From assembly GCA_963666275.2 (NCBI GenBank), contig CAXXOA010000001.1, positions 1,056,001 through 1,120,000 of the forward strand: a stretch of 64,000 nt of DNA, written 5' to 3'. Both the position numbers and the translations under genes were made by a program. The stretch's first letter is position 1, and each line of letters opens with the position of its first letter. The notes under the pieces were generated by a model that was not told the origin of the DNA, ran no database searches, and saw nothing but the letters and a program-made list of their open reading frames with translations. Positions 1 through 7,486 of this stretch are shown here, piece by piece. The DNA is from Oceanispirochaeta sp. (GTDB taxonomy: Bacteria; Spirochaetota; Spirochaetia; DSM-2461).

Positions 1-465
1 ATCAATCTCTTTTTCGTTATATTGCATGTAAATATCATAATCATAAGAGAAGTCCCTATAATGTGTAACTGGTTTCGTCGGGAATCTCATAATCATTTTC
101 GAATCGGTGATTATTCTTTGATTAATACTTGTTTCTGAAAGATTACCAGGAGATAAAGTCGCTTGATCTTCAAATATTTGATGCATCTCATTAGCGGAAA
201 ATTGAAAAATAGCGACAACTGTATGAAAATCTTCATATTTATAACGGTAGTAATCTTCTAATTGAGGATGACATACATGATTGTAAACTAAAAAAACGTT
301 CTGTATACCTGCCAAATCAAAATTCAACTTCCCTTCAGATCTCATCTGATAAAATTTCTGAAGACTTTCGTCACTAATGACATAGAGTCCATTAACATTT
401 TGTGCAGATAAATAATTTGATAGAATTATTGAGAATGTGATGAATAATAATATACTTCTTTTCAT
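1..465 (-). CDS. Integron cassette 3 ORF, putative secreted hypothetical protein (3' end runs off the window)
   Basis: Not in the ORF track. Manual translation from ATG at 465 (GGAGAG upstream) gives MKRSILLFITFSIILSNYLSAQNVNG..., open for 155 codons to base 1. Signal-peptide-like N-terminus; lies after the core site at 548-554. Confidence 0.8.
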   Translation of the reverse strand, partial: MKRSILLFITFSIILSNYLSAQNVNGLYVISDESLQKFYQMRSEGKLNFDLAGIQNVFLVYNHVCHPQLEDYYRYKYEDFHTVVAIFQFSANEMHQIFEDQATLSPGNLSETSINQRIITDSKMIMRFPTKPVTHYRDFSYDYDIYMQYNEKEID

Positions 466-547
466 ATATATCTCTCTCCAAAATTATTTTATATTTTCCA
501 TATTTCACAAAAACTAATTTCTTGAACAAACACGGTACTTTCTGTCG

Positions 548-713
548 ACATAACACCAAAATATGCTGCGAAGCGACCTGGCTTGCCAGGTATAGGCGCT
601 TTTCTTGCACCTTTATTCTAAACAGCAATTCCTTTTTTGAGAAGGACAATTCCTTTGACGAAGCCGTTTCTGCAAGAAATGTGATCTATAGCTTCGACTG
701 CATCATTTTTTTG
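548..713 (-). other. attC site of cassette 2 (distal part; the rest of R'' is at 2703-2708, beyond intron copy 1)
   Basis: Removing the intron rebuilds R'' GCATAA|C ... R' GTTATGT (548-554). Internal inverted arms cgaagc/gcttcg and tttcttgca/tgcaagaaa. Confidence 0.8.
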
Positions 714-2702
714 GTACGCCCGACATGGCAATAAACTTATGAGGTGAAAGTCCTCTACAGCTACCCACGTATAGTAAACATGCTATACCAACTGTTAGCC
801 GACGGCAAGGGCAATTCCGTGAGGAATTGTCTGGAGGAAGCCTGAGTGCAAAACCGGGAGCCCATGTACAAGAATGTGATAGAAGGCCCAGTTCTGGAGG
901 TGAGTCAGCCAATGATGACGATGCCCCGTGGGTGAGGGATAGGGTAAATCACAGGGTTGTCCGGGGAATGTTTATTGTCTTATTCGGGGAGATCTGTCTG
1001 CAAGGCGGTAACGGCGGTTTGACCGTGAGAATCCGGAGGATACCGGGGTAATAAATCCAAGCCTATCAGGGGATGACACTCTGATAAGGAGCCGTTTATA
1101 CGGAACACAAAGAAGTCGTCACAGCGATTCAAACCGGATGATACAGCGTCAGCAGGAGTAATTCTACTGATAAGCAGACAGAAGTCAGCAGAAGGCATAG
1201 TAGCCAACGCCCGGAGTAATGTCCGGTTCATGGTGAAGGTCTGAACATTTCACAAGGAGGAGCCTTATGGTTCTCAAAGGAACAATTTCAGTTTATGCCG
1301 GAATCACTTTTGGCGGACCATGGAGAAACCAGCCTTGAACGAATCTATGATGGATTTGATTTTATCCTCTGAAAATATGCACAAAGCCTGGAAACAGGTC
1401 AAACGCAATGGAGGTAGCCCTGGAATCGACGGTATCACTGTCGAGAAGTTTCCAGGATATCTGAAAACCAGATGGCCTAGAATCAAACGAGCTTTGCTCA
1501 ACGGGTACTATGTACCTTCTCCGGTGCTGAGGGTAGAAATCCCGAAGAAATCCGGAGGAAAACGGATGCTGGGAATCCCGACAGTTCTAGACAGGGTTAT
1601 CCAGCAGGCTATTTCACAGGTTCTGAATCCCATATTTGATCCGGATTTCTCGGAGCATAGCTATGGATTCAGACCGGGAAGATCGGCTCACGGAGCGGTG
1701 AAACAGGTAAATCAACATGTCAAATCCGGGTATAGATACGCCGTGGATCTGGACTTGGAAAAGTTCTTTGATACAGTTAATCATGATATCCTGATGCATT
1801 TTGTGGCTGTAAAAGTCTGGGACAAATCTGTCCTCAGACTCATCGGCCGTTACCTGAGAGCCGGTATTCAGTTGGACAATGGAAAAGTGATTCCTACAGA
1901 CATCGGCACACCCCAAGGCGGGCCCTTATCACCTCTGCTTTCCAATATCCTCCTTGATCGGTTGGATATGGAACTGGAGAGAAGAAATGTGAGGTTCGCA
2001 CGGTATGCAGATGACACTATCCTTTTAACGAAGAGATTGTGTGATGCTAGGAAGATCCTACAGGAAGTTTCAATATTTCTGGTAAGGAAATTGAAATTGG
2101 TAGTGAATCAGGAGAAAACGAAAGTTGCAAAGATAAGGGAGTGCAGTTTCCTGGGATTCACATTCAAGGGTAAGAAGATTCGCTGGACAGAGTCGTCCTT
2201 TGAGGATTTTCGGTATCATCTGAAATATCTGACAAGGCGTTCCTGGGGTGTTTCCATGGAATACAGAATCGGGAAACTCAATGAGTATATCCGGGGCTGG
2301 ATGAACTACTATGGGATCTCCCAATATTACAGCCCTTTACAGAACCTTGATGACTGGCTCCGTAGGAGGATTCGCATGTGTTACTGGAAACAGTGGCGAT
2401 ATCCCAGAACGAAAGTCAGGAAACTGATGGAACTGGGGATTCCGAAAGATTTTGCCATTATCACCGGTGCCAGTAGTAAATCCTATTGGCATCTCTCCAA
2501 GTCTTACGCTACCAATGCAGCTATGTCCAATAAATGGCTGGAAGAGCAGGGATTGGTCAATATCAAATATCTGTGGTGTAAAGCCCAGGGATATATCTGA
2601 TCAAATCAGGATTTCGTTTGCTCCATGGAGTGAACCGCCCCGTGCGGACCCGCATGCGGGGTGGTGTGGGGGCTGGAGGTTAAAAGCCTCCGGCTACCCG
2701 AT
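714..2702 (+). mobile_element. Group II intron, class IIC (attC-targeting), copy 1, 1989 nt
   Basis: 5' end GTACGCCCGACATGG..GGTGAAAGTCC is IIC-like. Domain V (from about 2632, gaaccgccccgtgcggacccgcatgcggggtggtg) and domain VI ending CTACCCGAT. Boundaries set by comparison with copy 2 and by restoration of the attC core. Confidence 0.93.
1320..2600 (+). CDS. ltrA: Group II intron reverse transcriptase/maturase, no endonuclease domain
   Basis: PGIDG, IPKKSGGKRMLGIPTVLDR, GTPQGGPLSPLLSNI, RYADD, FLGF, maturase GWMNYY. Start codon uncertain. Confidence 0.95.
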   Translation: MEKPALNESMMDLILSSENMHKAWKQVKRNGGSPGIDGITVEKFPGYLKTRWPRIKRALLNGYYVPSPVLRVEIPKKSGGKRMLGIPTVLDRVIQQAISQVLNPIFDPDFSEHSYGFRPGRSAHGAVKQVNQHVKSGYRYAVDLDLEKFFDTVNHDILMHFVAVKVWDKSVLRLIGRYLRAGIQLDNGKVIPTDIGTPQGGPLSPLLSNILLDRLDMELERRNVRFARYADDTILLTKRLCDARKILQEVSIFLVRKLKLVVNQEKTKVAKIRECSFLGFTFKGKKIRWTESSFEDFRYHLKYLTRRSWGVSMEYRIGKLNEYIRGWMNYYGISQYYSPLQNLDDWLRRRIRMCYWKQWRYPRTKVRKLMELGIPKDFAIITGASSKSYWHLSKSYATNAAMSNKWLEEQGLVNIKYLWCKAQGYI

Positions 2703-2809
2703 TTATGCCTCTCTATTCTACGAGGTAAATTAATAATGCACAAATAAATTCATTTGGTAATTATTGTAAAAGGCAAAGATGTTTCAGTGACGCATCATAT
2801 AAATTTTTG

Positions 2810-3337
2810 TTATGTGCTGAACCGTTCACGCGTTATATCAAGCAGTTGTGTAACAGGTATCTTCTCATTAGTCTCATCATTGAAAACATATTCATCTACC
2901 ATTCTATCGATAAACAAAACCCCATCTAAATGGTCAATTTCATGTTGAAAGCACCGAGCCATTTGATCATTTGTCACAATTATATGAAAATCTCCGAATC
3001 TATCCTGATATTTGACTGTTATTTCTTTATAGCGAATGACCTTTCCCCAAAAACCTGGCAGCGAAAGACATCCTTCAAGATCTGATTGTTCTCCTGATTT
3101 CTCCAATATTTCAGGATTAATTAATTCATAATGCTCTCCCATATAATCAATCACTGTTATTCTTTTTAAAATAGATATTTGTGGTGCTGCCAGTGCTGCA
3201 CCACCAGCGTGATTTCTTAATGTATTTGATATAATATCAATCTTATTGTGTAGTCCTTTATGAAATATATTGATAAGCGAACATTGAGCTCTTAAACGAC
3301 TATCTCCGAATAGTATAATATTTCTTTGTTTACTCAT
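2810..3337 (-). CDS. def: Peptide deformylase (integron cassette 2)
   Basis: GAALAAPQI, EGCLS and QHEIDHLDG motifs. Start placed at MSKQR after AAGGA; could start slightly upstream. Confidence 0.92.
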   Translation of the reverse strand: MSKQRNIILFGDSRLRAQCSLINIFHKGLHNKIDIISNTLRNHAGGAALAAPQISILKRITVIDYMGEHYELINPEILEKSGEQSDLEGCLSLPGFWGKVIRYKEITVKYQDRFGDFHIIVTNDQMARCFQHEIDHLDGVLFIDRMVDEYVFNDETNEKIPVTQLLDITRERFST

Positions 3338-3433
3338 ATAAAGTCTATCCTTCATGTCTAAACGGCTTTGCACATAACGTCCAAGACTATACTAAGTATT
3401 TACCAAATAGGGGTAAATATCCAGCTCTTGTAG

Positions 3434-3528
3434 GCATAACACCGACTTAAGTAGCAGACCGTTAGCTGGCGCACTTTTTGCGGATAGCAAAAATGTGTGA
3501 CAGTAGGGCTGACTACTTCAAGTCAATG
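3434..3528 (-). other. attC site of cassette 1 (distal part; the rest of R'' is at 5560-5565, beyond intron copy 2)
   Basis: Rebuilt bottom strand: GCATAAC acc GACTT AAGTAG CAG ... CTG a CTACTT c AAGTC aat G|TTATGT, an imperfect palindrome with extrahelical bases, about 101 bp. Confidence 0.9.
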
Positions 3529-5559
3529 GTACGCCTGACATGGCAATAAACTTATGAGGTGAAAGTCCTCTACAGCTACCCACGTATAGTAAACATGCTA
3601 TACCAACTGTTAGCCGACGGCAAGGGCAATTCCGTGAGGAATTGTCTGGAGGAAGCCTGAGTGCAAAACCGGGAGCCCATGTACAAGAATGTGATAGAAG
3701 GCCCAGTTCTGGAGGTGAGTCAGCCAATGATGACGATGCCCCGTGGGTGAGGGATAGGGTAAATCACAGGGTTGTCCGGGGAATGTTTATTGTCTTATTC
3801 GGGGAGATCTGTCTGCAAGGCGGTAACGGCGGTTTGACCGTGAGAATCCGGAGGATACCGGGGTAATAAATCCAGGCCTATCAGGGGATGACACTCTGAT
3901 AAGGAGCCGTTTATACGGAACACAAAGAAGTCGTCACAGCGATTCAAACCGGATGATACAGCGTCAGCAGGAGTAATTCTACTGATAAGCAGACAGAAGT
4001 CAGCAGAAGGCATAGTAGCCAACGCCCGGAGTAATGTCCGGTTCATGGTGAAGGTCTGAACATTTCACAAGGAGGAGCCTTATGGTTCTCAAAGGAACAA
4101 TTTCAGTTTATGCCGGAATCACTTTTGGCGGACCATGGAGAAACCAGCCTTGAACGAATCTATGATGGATTTGATTTTATCCTCTGAAAATATGCACAAA
4201 GCCTGGAAACAGGTCAAACGCAATGGAGGTAGCCCTGGAATCGACGGTATCACTGTCGAGAAGTTTCCAGGATATCTGAAAACCAGATGGCCTAGAATCA
4301 AACGAGCTTTGCTCAACGGGTACTATGTACCTTCTCCGGTGCTGAGGGTAGAAATCCCGAAGAAATCCGGAGGCTGGTCGCAAACAAGTTTGCTGCTCGC
4401 CCATGCAACCGGGGGAAAACGGATGCTGGGAATCCCGACAGTTCTAGACAGGGTTATCCAGCAGGCTATTTCACAGGTTCTGAATCCCATATTTGATCCG
4501 GATTTCTCGGAGCATAGCTATGGATTCAGACCGGGAAGATCGGCTCACGGAGCGGTGAAACAGGTAAATCAACATGTCAAATCCGGGTATAGATACGCCG
4601 TGGATCTGGACTTGGAAAAGTTCTTTGATACAGTTAATCATGATATCCTGATGCATTTTGTGGCTGTAAAAGTCTGGGACAAATCTGTCCTCAGACTCAT
4701 CGGCCGTTACCTGAGAGCCGGTATTCAGTTGGACAATGGAAAAGTGATTCCTACAGACATCGGCACACCCCAAGGCGGGCCCTTATCACCTCTGCTTTCC
4801 AATATCCTCCTTGATCGGTTGGATATGGAACTGGAGAGAAGAAATGTGAGGTTCGCACGGTATGCAGATGACACTATCCTTTTAACGAAGAGATTGTGTG
4901 ATGCTAGGAAGATCCTACAGGAAGTTTCAATATTTCTGGTAAGGAAATTGAAATTGGTAGTGAATCAGGAGAAAACGAAAGTTGCAAAGATAAGGGAGTG
5001 CAGTTTCCTGGGATTCACATTCAAGGGTAAGAAGATTCGCTGGACAGAGTCGTCCTTTGAGGATTTTCGGTATCATCTGAAATATCTGACAAGGCGTTCC
5101 TGGGGTGTTTCCATGGAATACAGAATCGGGAAACTCAATGAGTATATCCGGGGCTGGATGAACTACTATGGGATCTCCCAATATTACAGCCCTATACAGA
5201 ATCTTGATGACTGGCTCCGTAGGAGGATTCGCATGTGCTACTGGAAACAGTGGCGATATCCCAGAACGAAAGTCAGGAAACTGATGGAACTGGGAATTCC
5301 GAAAGATTTTGCCATTATCACCGGTGCCAGTAGTAAATCCTATTGGCATCTCTCCAAGTCTTACGCTACCAATGCAGCTATGTCCAATAAATGGCTGGAA
5401 GAGCAGGGATTGGTCAATATCAAATATCTGTGGTGTAAAGCCCAGGGATATATCTGATCAAATCAGGATTTCGTTTGCTCCATGGAGTGAACCGCCCCGT
5501 GCGGACCCGCATGCGGGGTGGTGTGGGGGCTGGAGGTTAAAAGCCTCCGGCTACCCGAT
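3529..5559 (+). mobile_element. Group II intron, class IIC (attC-targeting), copy 2, 2031 nt
   Basis: Near-identical to 714-2702 (offset 2815) plus a 42-bp insert. Ends immediately before the TAA (5560-5562) of the cassette 1 ORF. Confidence 0.93.
4135..5457 (+). CDS. ltrA: Group II intron reverse transcriptase/maturase with 14-aa insertion
   Basis: Same motifs as copy 1, with extra WSQTSLLLAHATGG after IPKKSGG. Confidence 0.93.
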   Translation: MEKPALNESMMDLILSSENMHKAWKQVKRNGGSPGIDGITVEKFPGYLKTRWPRIKRALLNGYYVPSPVLRVEIPKKSGGWSQTSLLLAHATGGKRMLGIPTVLDRVIQQAISQVLNPIFDPDFSEHSYGFRPGRSAHGAVKQVNQHVKSGYRYAVDLDLEKFFDTVNHDILMHFVAVKVWDKSVLRLIGRYLRAGIQLDNGKVIPTDIGTPQGGPLSPLLSNILLDRLDMELERRNVRFARYADDTILLTKRLCDARKILQEVSIFLVRKLKLVVNQEKTKVAKIRECSFLGFTFKGKKIRWTESSFEDFRYHLKYLTRRSWGVSMEYRIGKLNEYIRGWMNYYGISQYYSPIQNLDDWLRRRIRMCYWKQWRYPRTKVRKLMELGIPKDFAIITGASSKSYWHLSKSYATNAAMSNKWLEEQGLVNIKYLWCKAQGYI

Positions 5560-7314
5560 TTATGTCTTATCTTCAATTAATAATGAATCTTTAACGATCT
5601 CGACATAATTAACTTTGTCTTTTTTTAAATCTTTCAAATATTGGTCTAGCTTCATTTTATAAATAAACAAAATATCATTTATATTGTAATTATTTTTAAG
5701 ATCTTTAGAGATACAAGTAAGAATTACATCATAATAATAGTGTAGATTTTCAATCAATGTTTCCAATTGATACGGTGTCTTTCCTGAGTGAACAATAAGG
5801 TTTCTAGCACGATAAATTCTTTTAATCTGCCAGTGAACTCTTTTAATATGATTTTCAACAATTCTGGACAATTTTTTCCCATCTTTAAAAATATCAGAAT
5901 AATACTTGATTCTTTCCTGAAGTAAAATGTTATTATCTAGAAGACTAATAATCTCAGAGTATTCTGAAACTTCATCACCTCTGATTAGAATTTTGATTAC
6001 AGCAATGTTATTAAACTTATCAATTCGTTTTAGTGCTTGATTTAACTTATTTTTATTTATTGAGTTATCAATAGATTGTCTAATATTATTAACAATCTTA
6101 AAAACATAATTGTCTGTTATGATAGGAATTATTGACTCTGACAATTGTTCAATCTTAGCCTTATCTCCTTTTGTTATTATTGGAATAAGAACTTCAATTC
6201 CACTCCATAAATTAATTAATTGATTTTCATATGATGATGACTTAATTGCAGAAAAATGATTTTGAATTGATAAATCTACACGCTGTTGGGAATTTGGATC
6301 AATTTTCTGATTTGCAAAAGGATAAAGCAATTTTTCAAAAGATTTTTCAAATGAAACTTTATTTATTTTATCTGGTCTTCGAAAAATAGGACTTACAATG
6401 TCATTTACTAAATAGTTGTTTCCTTTCTCATTAAATACAATTGCTTTACTACTAATACTGAAATTATCTTTATGTACTAAGAAACAGGAATTTGAATAAA
6501 TACTTTCAAGAATATATCTTGCCTTAATATAAGCTTTAAATCTATCTAAAGATTCAAATTTAAATTTGTAATAAGTTTTACTCTTTTTGAAGAAATTTTG
6601 GTTAATCCGATCTGATAAATCAATATCTGTTTGAGAAATATCTTCAATTAATTCAACGAAATCATTATTAAGAAATTTCTTAATTTTTCTTATATCTTTA
6701 CTAACTTCAATATAAACAATGAAATCCTTACTTTCCAAATCAAATTCATCTATAAAAGCTATGTAAGATTCAATATTTTTTACTTTTTTCTGTTGAAAAA
6801 TTATATCCAGTGTTAAGTTTATGAATTCTGTTGAGTAACCAAAAGCTTTAAGCTGAATTAAAAGATATTTTGTTAATCGTCTAATTTCTTCATAATTCTT
6901 TGAAATAATATTTTCTTTTAAAAGTTCGACTATCGTTTGGTAATAAATACTGTCAAGTTTTCTTTTTATAAATGAAAAATAATTTTTAAGTTCGTTAATT
7001 GACATTTTAGAGTTTAGCTTTGAAATTAGTGAATTATAATTTATTCCAAAAACCTTTTTTACTACTGAGTCTTTTATCACAATGTCTTGTAATTCATTTA
7101 CAATGCTTTTAATTGCATTTTCATTAATCATTTCAGCTTCAATATGTTCGATAGTCTTTATTGCTTCATCTAAAAGAGTTATAAAATTGTGGGCTGGAAG
7201 TTTGAAACTATCTATTGTGTAATAAAATAAAAGTTCTTCAGAAATCTGATAAAAATAGAGCAATCCAATATTTGCATCTTTATTATCCCAGTTGTCAATA
7301 TTCTTTTCTTTCAT
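5560..7314 (-). CDS. Integron cassette 1: large protein with C-terminal HEPN-like RxxxxH motif (possible defence RNase)
   Basis: 584 aa, very AT-rich, AGGA RBS. LINLWSGIEVL and IYRARNLIVHSG motifs. Flanked by complementary cores GTTATGTCT and AGACATAAC. Confidence 0.65.
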   Translation of the reverse strand: MKEKNIDNWDNKDANIGLLYFYQISEELLFYYTIDSFKLPAHNFITLLDEAIKTIEHIEAEMINENAIKSIVNELQDIVIKDSVVKKVFGINYNSLISKLNSKMSINELKNYFSFIKRKLDSIYYQTIVELLKENIISKNYEEIRRLTKYLLIQLKAFGYSTEFINLTLDIIFQQKKVKNIESYIAFIDEFDLESKDFIVYIEVSKDIRKIKKFLNNDFVELIEDISQTDIDLSDRINQNFFKKSKTYYKFKFESLDRFKAYIKARYILESIYSNSCFLVHKDNFSISSKAIVFNEKGNNYLVNDIVSPIFRRPDKINKVSFEKSFEKLLYPFANQKIDPNSQQRVDLSIQNHFSAIKSSSYENQLINLWSGIEVLIPIITKGDKAKIEQLSESIIPIITDNYVFKIVNNIRQSIDNSINKNKLNQALKRIDKFNNIAVIKILIRGDEVSEYSEIISLLDNNILLQERIKYYSDIFKDGKKLSRIVENHIKRVHWQIKRIYRARNLIVHSGKTPYQLETLIENLHYYYDVILTCISKDLKNNYNINDILFIYKMKLDQYLKDLKKDKVNYVEIVKDSLLIEDKT

Positions 7315-7330
7315 AATTATTCCTATATAG

Positions 7331-7351
7331 ACATAACATAACTTATTATGC
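7331..7351 (-). other. attI recombination site (R box GTTATGT 7337-7331; inverted L-like box GCATAAT 7351-7345)
   Basis: Core lies between the intI start and the first cassette RBS, and matches the R'' of cassette 1. Confidence 0.75.
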
Positions 7352-7362
7352 TGTTCAGTATA

Positions 7363-7394
7363 ATAATACTGAACTCCCTTTTACCCTCTGTCAA
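7363..7394 (-). promoter_or_regulatory. Candidate cassette promoter Pc
   Basis: Perfect TTGACA (7394-7389) facing the cassettes. -10 is CAGTAT at 17 bp; a TATTAT lies at 20 bp. Confidence 0.5.
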
Positions 7395-7407
7395 TAACGA
7401 AAAAATA

Positions 7408-7463
7408 ATAGTTATCTAGACATTGAAGCAGTGATAACATTCTCAGCGTATAGTTATCTAGAC
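7408..7463. repeat. 14-bp direct repeat ATAGTTATCTAGAC x2 upstream of intI
   Basis: Exact copies at 7408-7421 and 7450-7463. Confidence 0.85.
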
Positions 7464-7486
7464 GTCTATATAATTATGAGGTTGGC

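Noticed and set aside
392..1231. Short ORFs in the track (392-649, 522-734, 703-912, 827-1051, 980-1231)
   Set aside because: They overlap attC and intron RNA domains and have no coding features.
714..5559. Retron, DGR or defence-associated RT
   Set aside because: The RT has a maturase domain and is followed by group II domains V and VI; the duplication covers the whole intron, not a TR/VR pair.
714..5559. Assembly artefact duplicating the intron
   Set aside because: The copies differ by several substitutions and a 42-bp insert, and each sits in a different attC that rejoins correctly.
7338..7486. LexA (SOS) box upstream of intI
   Set aside because: No CTGT-N8-ACAG motif found.
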